Positions 17,213 through 27,420 are shown, numbered from the stretch's first letter. The stretch is 64,000 nucleotides of DNA from Chitinophagales bacterium (GCA_034440455.1 JAWXCB010000008.1:66442-130441), one strand, 5' to 3'. Notes: generated by a model from the letters alone, not told the origin. Numbers and translations are program-made.

Positions 17213-18292
17213 AAAAAAAATAGCTGTCGTCAATCAAAAGGCAGCGGTAACTCAGTATCGAATTACCGAATCATCAAATTATCAAATTTGCTTGCCATTC
17301 TATTGTTGACTGTCGTCTGTCGTCTGATGACTTCCGCCCAAGACATTCACTTCTCTCAGTTCTATGCTTCTCCTCTAACGCTAAATCCTTCGCTTACCGG
17401 CAGCTTTGATGGACTGATGCGTTTCGGGGGAAATTACCGTACGCAGTGGGGCAGTGTGAGTGTGCCTTTTCAAACAGTTTCTGTTTTCACCGACCTGAAT
17501 ATCATGCGCAGTAAAATGGATGGCAACTGGTTGAGCGCGGGACTGCACGCGGTGAATGACCGTGCGGGTGACGGAAAACTGATGGCGAACAAAGCATCAC
17601 TTTCACTTGCGTATCATATCAAGCTTACGAAGTGGCGAAATTTTTATCTGAGCCTTGGCGCAGCGGGATTGTTTGTTCACAAGAAAATTGATTTCTCAAA
17701 ATTGCTGTTTGATTCGCAATGGAATGATGTGGGGTTTGATAGCCAGATCGACCCCGGAGAAAATTACGCAAGTGATGCCGTTCAGTATTTCGACTTTCAT
17801 GCAGGCGCTTCCATGTCATACTCTGTTCCGAAAAAATTCAGCATTGAAGGTGGCGTTTCTGTGATTCATATTTTCGCTCCGTATGAATCATATTTCAATG
17901 AGGACAACCAAGTGCACCGCAGACCTGTTGCGCATGTATATTCCGATATTCGTGTGCATAAAGACTGGGGCTTGCAGCCAGGCGCCTCGTATATGTATCA
18001 GCGGGGAGCACAAGAAATTGTTGTCGGAACAAACGTAACGCTTGATAAGAAACTGACTTACTCGCGCAAGCTTGTCATCTTCTTCGGCTTGTGGATGCGC
18101 AACCGTGATGCATTGTATCCTTTGGTTGGCGCGCAGTTGCAACGCACTCGCATGTTATTCAACTATGACTTGAACCTTTCAAAGCTCATTCCCGGCAGCT
18201 ACTCGGTAGGTGCGTTTGAAATCTCCATCGTGCATGTGATTGACAAGGATAGACCGGTGAATAATGTACGCATGTGTCCGAGGCTGTTTTAA
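17192..18292 (+). CDS. PorP/SprF-family type IX secretion system membrane protein
   Basis: 366-aa ORF. QDIHFSQFYASPLTLNPSLTG after the signal sequence is the family signature, and the gene sits directly downstream of type-B CTD cargo genes. The start is uncertain because the first 32 codons are encoded by tandem 7- and 8-nt repeats. Confidence 0.8.
   Translation: MTNYELHKKNSCRQSKGSGNSVSNYRIIKLSNLLAILLLTVVCRLMTSAQDIHFSQFYASPLTLNPSLTGSFDGLMRFGGNYRTQWGSVSVPFQTVSVFTDLNIMRSKMDGNWLSAGLHAVNDRAGDGKLMANKASLSLAYHIKLTKWRNFYLSLGAAGLFVHKKIDFSKLLFDSQWNDVGFDSQIDPGENYASDAVQYFDFHAGASMSYSVPKKFSIEGGVSVIHIFAPYESYFNEDNQVHRRPVAHVYSDIRVHKDWGLQPGASYMYQRGAQEIVVGTNVTLDKKLTYSRKLVIFFGLWMRNRDALYPLVGAQLQRTRMLFNYDLNLSKLIPGSYSVGAFEISIVHVIDKDRPVNNVRMCPRLF
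17256..17287 (+). repeat. octamer micro-array (TATCGAAT TACCGAAT CATCAAAT TATCAAAT)
   Basis: Four 8-nt units inside the annotated 5' end of the PorP/SprF ORF. Same word family as 47845-47876. Confidence 0.65.
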
Positions 18293-18394
18293 AATCAACT
18301 CCTTTCACTATAAAGTCAACCGGTTACTTCAGCAAAAATCAATTGTATCTGTGCTTCAAAATAGTATTTTTACCCTCTGAAACATACGTCCGTC

Positions 18395-20155
18395 ATGGAA
18401 AAACGCGAAGAAGGTTCTGAATTCACCGGGTTGAGCAGGGAAGAAATTGTAGCCCGTTTTGATGAATTAAGCAAAACAAAGGAGGTGCCCGAACTGATGC
18501 CACTGGCGGAGGAGTTGGAATCTGCCTACAACGAATTGCTGAATGAGCGCAAGGAAGATGAGAAGCAAAAATTTCTCGATGAAGGCGGCAGCGAGTTTGA
18601 TTTCGTGTATCATCGCGACCATACAGATGGCAGGTTTGCCGAGTTGTATAATCTTTTCAAAGACCGTAAAAACAAATTTTTTGAAGAGAAGAAAACGCAC
18701 GAGCGCGATAATCTTGTTGCTAAACAACAAGTGGTTACCGACCTGAAAACCCTGATTGAAAAGGGCGACAGCGTAGGCAAAGCATTCCAGCAATTCCGCG
18801 AATTGCGTGACCGCTGGAAAAACATCGGAGAGATTCCGAAAAAAAATGAGGAACAGTTAGAGAGCGATTACAGGCATCAGCGCGAGCGCTTCTATCACAT
18901 GATTCAGCTTACGCAGGGCATGAAAGAACTTGACTTGCAGAAGCATCTTGAAGAGAAAGAACACTTGCTGAAACGGATGGAAGAATTGATGGGCGAAAGA
19001 ACCATCAGGCGCGTGGAAGAATTGATTCGGAAGTATCGTGAAGATTGGTATGACATTGGTCCCGTGCCTGCGTTGAAGAAAGATGAAATCATCAGCCGGT
19101 TTAATGAAAACAGCGAGCGCGTGTTCACGAAAATCCATGCGCATTATGAGGGATTAAAAAAGAAATACGAAGAAAATCTGCTGGCGAAACTTGCGCTTTG
19201 CGAAAAGGTAGAAACAGTGGCGCAGGAAGAAATCTTCCATCCCCGCGATTGGGAAAGGAAGACGAAAGAAATATTAGAGTTGCAGCAGGAATGGAGAAAA
19301 ATCGGCAGGGTGATGAAAGAAGAAGCTGAAGCGGTATGGGAACGGTTTAGAAAAGCAAGCAATGATTTCTTTGAAAAGAAACGCGCATTCTATGAAACGC
19401 TGAAAAAAGATTACGATGCAAATAAGCAGGCGAAAGTAAAAGTGTGCGAACAGGCGGAGGCATTACAAACGAGCAACGACTGGGACAACACCGCTCAAAA
19501 ACTTATTCGCCTGCAACGGCAGTGGGAAAATATCGGACCGGCAGGGCTTTACAAAACCGACCAGACGCTCTGGAACAGATTCCGTGCAGCATGTAACGCA
19601 TTCTTTGATTCAAGAAAAAAACAGTTTGCAGCGCAGGAGGAAGAACGGAAAAATAATCTTGCAAAGCGGGAGCAGATTGTGAAGAAATTGGAAGAACTGA
19701 TTTCCTCCATCAGTTCAACAGAAGCGTTGCCGACTATTAAAGCCATTGCAAAAGAATGGGATGAAGCGGGTGAAGTGCCGCAGGATGTGCGCGAAGCGGT
19801 TTTCAAAAAATATACGCAAGCTGTTGATGCCTGCTATGAGCGAATGGGCATGAATGAAAGCGATAAGGAAATCTTGAAATTTCAGAACAAAGTGGAGCGC
19901 ATGAAAGGGGCTCCGGATTCAATGAGATTACTGGAAGATGAAAAGCGTTTCCTGCGCACTAAAATCCGCACCGTGGAAGATGAAGTGGCGAAAACGGAAA
20001 ACAACATGGGCTTTTTTGCAAAATCAAAGAATGTGGGCGCGTTGCTGGAAGGCGTGATGAAAGGCGTGGAGGAATCGAAAGCGCAATTAGCTTTTTTAAA
20101 GAAAAAGCTGGGAGTCCTTGAAAAAAATCTCCCGCGCCAAGAACAGATTCGGTAA
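18395..20155 (+). CDS. DUF349 repeat protein
   Basis: 586-aa, highly charged helical protein with five repeats of the W..IG.(V)P......LW.RF pattern (RWKNIGEIP, DWYDIGPVP, EWRKIGRV, QWENIGPA, EWDEAGEVP). Confidence 0.75.
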   Translation: MEKREEGSEFTGLSREEIVARFDELSKTKEVPELMPLAEELESAYNELLNERKEDEKQKFLDEGGSEFDFVYHRDHTDGRFAELYNLFKDRKNKFFEEKKTHERDNLVAKQQVVTDLKTLIEKGDSVGKAFQQFRELRDRWKNIGEIPKKNEEQLESDYRHQRERFYHMIQLTQGMKELDLQKHLEEKEHLLKRMEELMGERTIRRVEELIRKYREDWYDIGPVPALKKDEIISRFNENSERVFTKIHAHYEGLKKKYEENLLAKLALCEKVETVAQEEIFHPRDWERKTKEILELQQEWRKIGRVMKEEAEAVWERFRKASNDFFEKKRAFYETLKKDYDANKQAKVKVCEQAEALQTSNDWDNTAQKLIRLQRQWENIGPAGLYKTDQTLWNRFRAACNAFFDSRKKQFAAQEEERKNNLAKREQIVKKLEELISSISSTEALPTIKAIAKEWDEAGEVPQDVREAVFKKYTQAVDACYERMGMNESDKEILKFQNKVERMKGAPDSMRLLEDEKRFLRTKIRTVEDEVAKTENNMGFFAKSKNVGALLEGVMKGVEESKAQLAFLKKKLGVLEKNLPRQEQIR

Positions 20156-20197
20156 GTTTTGATTCTCACGAAATTCTTTTCGCGCTAACTTCAAGGG

Positions 20198-23100
20198 ATG
20201 AATCAATTGCCCGCCAACGGCAACTCTGAGGAAACTTTTGTTGCCAATAATAATTTTTATCAATCGCTCATAGACAAGGTCTTAGATGGCATCGCCATTA
20301 TTACATTTGACGGGAGCGTGAAGTTTTACAGTCACTCCGTTGAAAAAATCTTAGGCTACAGCCAAGAGGATAGCAGCGCACAAAACTTCTTTGCGCTTGT
20401 TCATCCTGATGACAAGGACAAGTGTAGCATAGCATTGGAAAAATTAATGACGGAGCCGAACATCCCCATTTTGAATTCGGTACGATTTCGCCATAAAGAC
20501 GGTTCGTGGAAAGATCTGGAGGCAAAAGCAGTTAACCTGGCAGATGACCCTGATATTCAGGGTATTCTTATTAATCTCAGGGAAGTGACAGAACGACTGC
20601 TGATACAGCAATCGTTGAAAGAAAGTGAAATGCGCTACCGGAGTTTGATTGAAAATTCGTTTGACGGAATTACAATTATTGATTTTGACGAAGTTGTAAA
20701 ATATCACAGCCCTTCCTTGTTGGAAATTCTTGGATACAGACCTGCGTCCGGAATCGGAAAGAGCATTTTGGAACTTTTGCATCCTGATGACCATCGCATA
20801 TTTTACGATTCAATACCGGTGCTGAAAAACAGTGCGGGTCATTTGGTTACAAACATTGTCCGGTTCAAGCATAAAAATGGTTCATGGGTAATTTTGGAAA
20901 CGAGATTTGTGAATTTATTAGACAAGCCCGGCATTGAAGGCATCCTGATAAACTATCGCGACATTACCCAGAGCGAAAACCTGAAAGAAGCGTTGCGCGA
21001 AAATGCAGAGCGTTACAAAACCATTGTTGAAACAGCTCCCGAAGCTATTTTTTTGATTGATACATCTACTGGCGCCATTCTCGACTTCAATCAGCGGGCA
21101 ATGGAAATGTTTGGATACTCGCGGGAGCATTTGCAAAATATGAAAGGTATTCATCTTAGTCCCCGCACACAACCGGACGGCATTTCTTCACTTGAATTCA
21201 TCAAAGCAAAGATTCAGGAAGCGCTTGGCGGTAGGAATGTGAGCTATGAATGGCATCATAAGGATTTCAACGACCGTCTTTTCCCGTGTGAAGTCCGTAT
21301 CACCCACTTTCCGCCTTACGATAAAAAAGTCATCCGTGGTACCATTGTAGATATTTCAAAACGCAAACAGATAGAAACCAGCCTGAAGGAAAGTGAAGAG
21401 CGATATCGCAACTTCACGGAAACAGCGCCTGAAACGATTTTTATTGTAGATGCTGAAACAGGAAAATTTATTGATTGCAATAAGAACGCAACAAAGTTGT
21501 TCGGCTACTCGCGTGAAAAGTTATTGAGCATGCGCGCAATTGAATTAAGCCCGCCCCGCCAGCCTGACGGCAGAGATTCGCTTGCAGCGGCAAAAGACAA
21601 GCTGCGCCTCGCGCTCAGGGAAAACAATATCGTGTATGAATGGCATCACATCAATTCGAAAGGGAAAATTTTCCCTACGGAAACAAGATTAGTTCGTTTT
21701 CCGCCTTATGATAAAAAGTATATTCGGGGTACAGTAAATGACATTACCGCAAGGAAAGTGCTGGAAGAAAAACTCAAACAGCAGGAAAAAGATTACCGCC
21801 ATCTTGCCAATGTATCTCCGGTTGGAATTTTTAGAACAGACACAAAAGGGAGAACGGTATTTGTAAACGAGAAATGGTGTGAAATCACTGGTTTATCATT
21901 CGAAGAAGCAACTGGTAATGGATGGCAAAGTGCAATCCATCCCGATGACCGGGATGGATCGTTGAAAGACTGGAAGAAAGCATTTAAGCTGAAAGAGGTA
22001 TCCAATGCAGTATTTCGTTTTCAAACACCGCAAGGAAGAATCAACTGGGTGTATGGGCAGGCTGTGCCTGATAAAGATGAGAGAGGAAATGTAATTGGCT
22101 ATGTAGGTTCTGTGACTGATATTACCGAACGGATGCATGCTATTGAGGCGCTTGCGAAAAGCGAAAAGCGCAATTCAGTTTTGTTGAAAGCAATTCCAGA
22201 CATGATTTTCCGTCTCTCAAAAACAGGAGTTTTTTTAGACTTTAAAGCGGCAACAAATTTTGGTCCCTTGGTTCCACCCGAATTCTTTATAGGGAAAAGA
22301 GTTAAAGAAGTATTGCCTCCGCCTATAGCAAAGCTTTGCATGAAAAATGTGAAGCAGGCGCTGAAAACAAACGCAATTCAAACTTTCAACTACTCGCTTG
22401 CCGACCCATCAAACCCTGAAAAACTTAATTTTTTTGAGGCAAGAATTCTTACGGATGATAATAATGAAGCACTGGCGCTGATACGGGATATTTCTCAGCA
22501 AAAAGAGGCAGAACAGGAATTGCGTGAAACGAATGGAAAACTAAAAGCCCTCTACCAGCGGCTTGAAACCATCCGCGAGGAAGAGAAGAAAAACATTGCA
22601 ATGGAAATTCATGATGAACTGGGCCAGGAACTCACCGCCATGAAACTTGGTATGTTTTGGTTGCAGCAATATATTAATCAACACAGAAAACGCGGGCTTG
22701 ACATTTTTCAAGTTGAAGACAAAGTGAAATCCCTTATTGACCTTTCAAGCCAAACAATAAGCTCGGCAAGAAGGCTCGCGCATCAATTACGTCCGGTTAT
22801 CTTAGATAATCTTGGTCTTATTCCTGCCATTGAATGGCAAATCAAATCGGTGAATGAAAGCGGAAGTGTGGAATGCGAATTCAGACATAACATCAGAAAG
22901 GTTAAATTTTCGGACGCTTTCAGCGTGGCGTTCTTCCGTATTATTCAAGAATCGCTCACCAATATCCTCCGACATTCAGAAGCAAAAAAAGCACTCGTGA
23001 AAGCGCATGCTACGAGAAGCGAACTGCAGCTGACAATTCAGGATAATGGCAAGGGGATTGAAAAGGAAGATTTATCGCATCCTGATAAGTTTGGAATTTT

Positions 23101-23236
23101 CGGCATGAAGGAACGGGTGAAAACATGGAGCGGTAAATTTGAATTGAAAGGAACGCACGGAAAAGGCACTTTGCTGACCTTTACCTTTCCATTAAAAGAA
23201 GTAGTTAAAAAGCATGATAAGCATAACACTGTGTGA
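20198..23236 (+). CDS. multi-PAS sensor histidine kinase (HisKA_3 / NarX-type)
   Basis: 1012 aa with at least five PAS-like modules (repeated YEWHH, DITERK patterns), an H-box EIHDELGQELTAMKL, and a C-terminal HATPase (DNGKGI, GIFGMKER). Confidence 0.85.
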   Translation: MNQLPANGNSEETFVANNNFYQSLIDKVLDGIAIITFDGSVKFYSHSVEKILGYSQEDSSAQNFFALVHPDDKDKCSIALEKLMTEPNIPILNSVRFRHKDGSWKDLEAKAVNLADDPDIQGILINLREVTERLLIQQSLKESEMRYRSLIENSFDGITIIDFDEVVKYHSPSLLEILGYRPASGIGKSILELLHPDDHRIFYDSIPVLKNSAGHLVTNIVRFKHKNGSWVILETRFVNLLDKPGIEGILINYRDITQSENLKEALRENAERYKTIVETAPEAIFLIDTSTGAILDFNQRAMEMFGYSREHLQNMKGIHLSPRTQPDGISSLEFIKAKIQEALGGRNVSYEWHHKDFNDRLFPCEVRITHFPPYDKKVIRGTIVDISKRKQIETSLKESEERYRNFTETAPETIFIVDAETGKFIDCNKNATKLFGYSREKLLSMRAIELSPPRQPDGRDSLAAAKDKLRLALRENNIVYEWHHINSKGKIFPTETRLVRFPPYDKKYIRGTVNDITARKVLEEKLKQQEKDYRHLANVSPVGIFRTDTKGRTVFVNEKWCEITGLSFEEATGNGWQSAIHPDDRDGSLKDWKKAFKLKEVSNAVFRFQTPQGRINWVYGQAVPDKDERGNVIGYVGSVTDITERMHAIEALAKSEKRNSVLLKAIPDMIFRLSKTGVFLDFKAATNFGPLVPPEFFIGKRVKEVLPPPIAKLCMKNVKQALKTNAIQTFNYSLADPSNPEKLNFFEARILTDDNNEALALIRDISQQKEAEQELRETNGKLKALYQRLETIREEEKKNIAMEIHDELGQELTAMKLGMFWLQQYINQHRKRGLDIFQVEDKVKSLIDLSSQTISSARRLAHQLRPVILDNLGLIPAIEWQIKSVNESGSVECEFRHNIRKVKFSDAFSVAFFRIIQESLTNILRHSEAKKALVKAHATRSELQLTIQDNGKGIEKEDLSHPDKFGIFGMKERVKTWSGKFELKGTHGKGTLLTFTFPLKEVVKKHDKHNTV

Positions 23237-23873
23237 CGACCATCAAATTGTAAGGAAGGGCATTCGGCAGATTCTCGAAGAAAGACCTGATTTTAAAGTC
23301 GTGTCTGAAGTTTCTAATGGAGAGCAACTCCTGAAAGAATTACGGCTAACCAAGCCGAATGTAGTGTTGCTTGATATCGGGCTGCCCGGAAGAAGCGGCT
23401 TGGAAGTGCTGAAGCAAATTCATCTGCTCTATCCAAGAATTAAGGTATTGGTGCTGAGTATGTATCCGGAGGACCAGTATGCAATCAGAACCATAAAAGC
23501 CGGGGCATCGGGCTATCTCCACAAGGACAGCGCGCCCAATGTATTGTATGAAGCGATTACTACAATTGCAAGCGGAGGTAAGTATGTAAGCGCGGCTATC
23601 ACGAATTTATTATTTAATGAAATCCTCTCAGAGAGTAAAGGTTCTCCGCTGCACAAGACGCTCTCTGACCGTGAGTTTGAAGTGTTGCTTCAACTTGGAA
23701 AAGGAAAAAAAGTTGGCGAAATCGCTCAGGGCTTGACATTGAGCGTAAAAACAGTGAGCACTTATAAAACCAGGATTTTTGAAAAGCTTGGCATTGATAA
23801 TGTCGCAGAGATTACTCAGTATCTTTTGAAGCATAACCTGCTACAGGAGAATCTTGCAGAGGAACCGCATTAA
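23214..23873 (+). CDS. NarL/FixJ-family response regulator (REC + LuxR HTH)
   Basis: 219 aa with a receiver domain (VVLLDIGLPGRSG) and LuxR-type HTH (LSDREFEVLLQLGKGKKVGEIAQGLTLSVKTVSTYKTRIFEKLG). Overlaps the kinase gene by 23 nt. Confidence 0.9.
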   Translation: MISITLCDDHQIVRKGIRQILEERPDFKVVSEVSNGEQLLKELRLTKPNVVLLDIGLPGRSGLEVLKQIHLLYPRIKVLVLSMYPEDQYAIRTIKAGASGYLHKDSAPNVLYEAITTIASGGKYVSAAITNLLFNEILSESKGSPLHKTLSDREFEVLLQLGKGKKVGEIAQGLTLSVKTVSTYKTRIFEKLGIDNVAEITQYLLKHNLLQENLAEEPH

Positions 23874-23902
23874 GGGCGGTTCAGAAAATTCTGCCACAGA
23901 CA

Positions 23903-23964
23903 CCCTCTCCTTCAGGAGAGGATTGGTTTACCTGCCTAAGTTTTAACGCAGGCAGGGGTGAGAC
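23903..23964 (+). repeat. class-1 GC-rich hairpin repeat with an inserted second hairpin
   Basis: CCCTCTCC-ttca-GGAGAGG, then CCTGCC-N14-GGCAGG, ending in GGGGTGAGA. Related to 1541-1575 and 27855-27892. Confidence 0.7.
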
Positions 23965-24134
23965 GATAAAAAAAGCAATTTTCAGAACTGCCCCTAAAGC
24001 GCTTTCTCTCAAAATTAATTTCTACGCTTTTTTACGTTCATTCTTTGTAGGAAAATTCCTACAAGCCTTTCAGATAGAATATCAATGCACTTTGCATCAT
24101 CCGGATTTAGCTTGCGTACTAGTTTTATTTACTG

Positions 24135-24803
24135 GTGAGCAACAGACTTCGTAAAATTGATATTCTTATTGCAGATGATCATCCAGCAGTGCGTTTAGGC
24201 ATTCGGTCAATTCTGCAACTCGAAAAAAATCTCAATGTAGTAGGCGAAGCAAAGAATGGCGAGGAATTACTGAAGATGATGGAGGGGAAGCGTGTTGACC
24301 TCGTTTTTATTGACCTCAACATGCCAGGGAAAAACGGACTTGAGACTACCCGGAAACTGCGTAAATATTACCCTAAACTTAAAATACTTGCATTCAGCAT
24401 ATATGACGACCAGCATAAAGTGCTGAGTATGTTAAAATCAGGAGCGGATGGATACTTGCTTAAGGCTGCTGAAAGCAATGAAGTGGTAGATGCCATCTCG
24501 GCTGTCATGAAAGGAGAGCACTATATTTCTAAGGAAATAGCCCACAAGGTAATTTTAGATGTAGTTGCAGGAAATATGCCTCCGACAATTGAAGAAGAAG
24601 CAACTGAGCCAAATGCGCTTTCAAAACGGGAAGAAGAGATTCTCAGTATGCTTGCCAACGACAACTCCTACAGCGAGGTCGCACAAAAACTGCACATCAG
24701 CAAGCGCACGGTTGACACGCATCGTTACAATATCTCCAAAAAACTGGGGATTAAAACTATAGCCGGTTTGATTCGCTATGCGATAAATCACAATCTGGCT
24801 TAG
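24135..24803 (+). CDS. NarL/FixJ-family response regulator (REC + LuxR HTH), second copy
   Basis: 222 aa, GTG start, with a receiver domain (LVFIDLNMPGKNG) and LuxR HTH (LSKREEEILSMLANDNSYSEVAQKLHISKRTVDTHRYNISKKLG). Confidence 0.85.
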   Translation: MSNRLRKIDILIADDHPAVRLGIRSILQLEKNLNVVGEAKNGEELLKMMEGKRVDLVFIDLNMPGKNGLETTRKLRKYYPKLKILAFSIYDDQHKVLSMLKSGADGYLLKAAESNEVVDAISAVMKGEHYISKEIAHKVILDVVAGNMPPTIEEEATEPNALSKREEEILSMLANDNSYSEVAQKLHISKRTVDTHRYNISKKLGIKTIAGLIRYAINHNLA

Positions 24804-25271
24804 ATAAAGCGCTTTCAAGCCGCGAATAATAGCAAACAGGTATAATAAACGGGAGATTTCGACCTCCGTGTTTTCACGTAGTTTTTTAGTCACTACTTAC
24901 CTTAGCCTTGTTTTTGACCTGTTTTATGGAGATTTACTCCTTAATTTTTCACCAATTTTGAATATTCACCATGAAAAAAGCATTCTCAAAAAAAGTCAGT
25001 TGATTTTATATTCAGCCGGATAGTAAGATTGATTGAATATCTTCCATGTTTTTTAAGTGATTAATAATCAACGATTTAGAGTAATTTTTATGAAGGGAGT
25101 CCCGATTTAAGGCACTTATGCACATTTTTTCGCACAAAACGCTCTTTTTAATGTGTAAAAAAAATAATCGAAAATCAGTGAAAATTCAAAAAGAAATATT
25201 AACATTGCGTAATAACTACGGGTTTTCCAGTACGTTATTTTACTTATTTTTTAACCAAAAATTTTTTAAAC

Positions 25272-25574
25272 ATGAGTTATCTCAACAAAAACCAGAACGA
25301 GATTCTTAACAAGGCAAAAATGAAAGTAAGAGCGCTTAACCATCCTCTCAGGCAGAAGATGCTGGCGCTTGTAAAAGACAACAAAAACCGCATGAATGTT
25401 ACAGACATTTATGTGAAACTGAGAATTGAGCAATCAGTTGCTTCTCAGCACCTTGCAATCTTGAGAAATCAGGAATTAGTTTCTACTGAAAGAGAAGGCA
25501 AAACGATTTGGTACAGCGTTGATGATGCTGCTATCAAGCGCCTCATTCAGGTATGCGAACAGGCTATCTCTTAA
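25272..25574 (+). CDS. ArsR/SmtB-family winged-helix transcriptional regulator
   Basis: 100 aa. LNHPLRQKMLALV ... IEQSVASQHLAILRNQELV fits the ArsR HTH pattern. Confidence 0.7.
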   Translation: MSYLNKNQNEILNKAKMKVRALNHPLRQKMLALVKDNKNRMNVTDIYVKLRIEQSVASQHLAILRNQELVSTEREGKTIWYSVDDAAIKRLIQVCEQAIS

Positions 25575-25600
25575 TTAAAGAGAAGACCATTAAAGAAAAA

Positions 25601-25630
25601 AGCTCCGGTTTATAGCCGGGGCTTTTTTTT
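25601..25630 (+). terminator. rho-independent terminator
   Basis: 8-bp stem AGCTCCGG / CCGGGGCT with a 7-nt loop, followed by a T8 run, 27 nt after the ArsR-like stop codon. Confidence 0.7.
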
Positions 25631-25655
25631 GTGCTTGGCTGACATATTTTAAATA

Positions 25656-25681
25656 CCTAACTTAGCCTAACACCCGTTAGG
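25656..25681. promoter_or_regulatory. candidate TetR operator: palindrome CCTAAC-ACCC-GTTAGG plus an extra CCTAAC half-site
   Basis: Palindrome at 25666-25681 and a direct half-site at 25656-25661, ending 3 nt before the TetR-family start codon. Confidence 0.3.
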
Positions 25682-25684
25682 TTA

Positions 25685-26266
25685 ATGCTTGTTGCAATAT
25701 CAAAAACGAAAGACCAGATAGTTTCCGCTGCGCAAAATATGTTCCGCGAGCGTGGTTATGCTGCCGCTTCCATGCGCGAGTTGGCGAAAGAAGTAGGCGT
25801 GGAACCTGCCAGCATTTACAGCCATTTCAAATCAAAAGACGACATCCTGAAATATATCTGCTTCAAAATCGCGGATGATTTTTTTGAGGCGCAGGAAGCA
25901 ATTCTGAACTCTGTTTCAAATCCGGTTGAGAAATTAAACCGCCTGATTGCGGAGCATCTTCGCGTGGTGATTAATAACCTTGACGCGGCTGCCGTGTTCT
26001 TTATTGAATGGAGTTACTTGAAAAAACCGGATTTGAAAAAATTCATTTCTATGCGCGAAAAATATGAACGAGGATTCAAAGAAGTGGTGCAGGAAGGAAT
26101 TACCAGCGGTGATTTTCGCATGATGGACGTGAACTTCACTGTGCGTTTGCTGTTTTCGGTAATGAATGGCGCACATGAATGGTATAAAATATCCGGCAAA
26201 GTATCTCCTGATGAAGTAGGCGAGAAAATGAGCGAATTTATTTTGAATGGACTGGTGATTAAATAA
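25685..26266 (+). CDS. TetR/AcrR-family transcriptional regulator (likely regulator of the downstream paa genes)
   Basis: 193 aa with an N-terminal TetR HTH (IVSAAQNMFRERGYAAASMRELAKEVGVEPASIYSHFKSKDDIL). Confidence 0.85.
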   Translation: MLVAISKTKDQIVSAAQNMFRERGYAAASMRELAKEVGVEPASIYSHFKSKDDILKYICFKIADDFFEAQEAILNSVSNPVEKLNRLIAEHLRVVINNLDAAAVFFIEWSYLKKPDLKKFISMREKYERGFKEVVQEGITSGDFRMMDVNFTVRLLFSVMNGAHEWYKISGKVSPDEVGEKMSEFILNGLVIK

Positions 26267-26305
26267 CAGCTTCAAGCCGCAAGCTGTTCGCGGCAAGCTT
26301 TTTTG

Positions 26306-26336
26306 GCTTGTAGCTCGTAGCTTGAGGCTTGCAGCT
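26306..26336 (+). repeat. heptamer micro-array (GCTTGTA GCTCGTA GCTTGAG GCTTGCA GCT)
   Basis: 4.4 consecutive 7-nt units ending 14 nt before the paaA ATG. Confidence 0.7.
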
Positions 26337-26349
26337 AAAAACAAAAACC

Positions 26350-27339
26350 ATGTACGGAAACATTTCCATCACTGACGAACCGAAGGGCAAAAAGCCTGCT
26401 GCACAGGAAGACCCTGAAAAGCTGGCTGCCTTTCAGGCGAAGATTGATGCGGGTGAAAAAATCGAGCCGCACGACTGGATGCCTGCCGAATATCGCAGGC
26501 AGTTGATTCGCATGATTGAACAACATGCGCACTCCGAAATCATTGGCGCGTTGCCTGAAGGAACCTGGATTACGCGCGCGCCAAGTTTGAAACGGAAACT
26601 TGCGCTGATTGCAAAAGTGCAGGATGAAATCGGACACGGGCATTTGCTTTACAATGCCGCTGAAACGCTGGGTAAATCACGCGAGCAGATGATTAACGAT
26701 TTGCTCACGGGCAAATCAAAATATTCCAACGTATTCAATTATCCTGCGAAAACATGGGCTGACGTAACAGTGATTGGTTTTCTGATTGATGCCGCAGCGA
26801 TTGTGAATCAGCTTGCGAATGCAAAAGGCTCTTATGGTCCGTATTGTCGCGCGTTGGAAAGAATTTGTTATGAAGAATCATTCCATCTGAAACAGGGGCA
26901 TGAAGCATTCGTCTATCTCGCCACCGGCTCAAAGAAGCAACGCGAGATGGCGCAGGATGCGATTAACCGCTGGTATCGTCCCATCATTCATTTCTTTGGT
27001 CCGCCTGATAAAATTTCGGTCCATACCGAACAACTCATGCGCTGGAAGGTGAAGATGGATACGAATGACAACATGCGTAACCAGTTTCTCGACACATATG
27101 TGCCGAAAGTGCTGGAAGTTGGAATTACATTTCCTGATAAAAATCTGAAAAAGAATAAAGAAACCGGACAATGGGATTTCAGCGACCCGAACTGGGATGA
27201 ATTTTTTCAAGTGATAAATGGAAACGGTCCGTGCAATAAAGAACGATTGGATGTGCGCAAATGGGCAGAAGAACACGGACGCTGGGTGCGGAAGGCTTTA
27301 TTGAATCCAGCGGAGAAATTTATGATTCCGTTGTCTTAA
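26350..27339 (+). CDS. paaA: 1,2-phenylacetyl-CoA epoxidase subunit A
   Basis: Di-iron ferritin-like oxygenase motifs ([26 protein letters not shown]). Start taken at the ATG at 26350 rather than the TTG at 26329. Confidence 0.9.
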   Translation: MYGNISITDEPKGKKPAAQEDPEKLAAFQAKIDAGEKIEPHDWMPAEYRRQLIRMIEQHAHSEIIGALPEGTWITRAPSLKRKLALIAKVQDEIGHGHLLYNAAETLGKSREQMINDLLTGKSKYSNVFNYPAKTWADVTVIGFLIDAAAIVNQLANAKGSYGPYCRALERICYEESFHLKQGHEAFVYLATGSKKQREMAQDAINRWYRPIIHFFGPPDKISVHTEQLMRWKVKMDTNDNMRNQFLDTYVPKVLEVGITFPDKNLKKNKETGQWDFSDPNWDEFFQVINGNGPCNKERLDVRKWAEEHGRWVRKALLNPAEKFMIPLS

Positions 27340-27346
27340 AATAGGA

Positions 27347-27420
27347 GTTTAGTTGTCTGTTTTCAGTCTTCAGTTGTTGAGTGCTGAACAGTAAACCGTA
27401 AATAGCAAAACAGTAAACCG
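27347..27420 (+). repeat. degenerate 7-nt periodic tract plus the 10-nt direct repeat CAGTAAACCG
   Basis: Units GTTTAGT TGTCTGT TTTCAGT CTTCAGT, then CAGTAAA CCGTAAA TAGCAAA. CAGTAAACCG occurs at 27389-27398 and 27411-27420. The tract fills the paaA-paaB gap. Confidence 0.5.

Noticed and set aside
20198-24803. Kinase plus two response regulators as an unusual signalling system
   Set aside because: This is a standard HisKA_3 kinase with an overlapping NarL-type regulator and a second NarL-type regulator. Nothing atypical was seen beyond the repeat hairpin in the gap.
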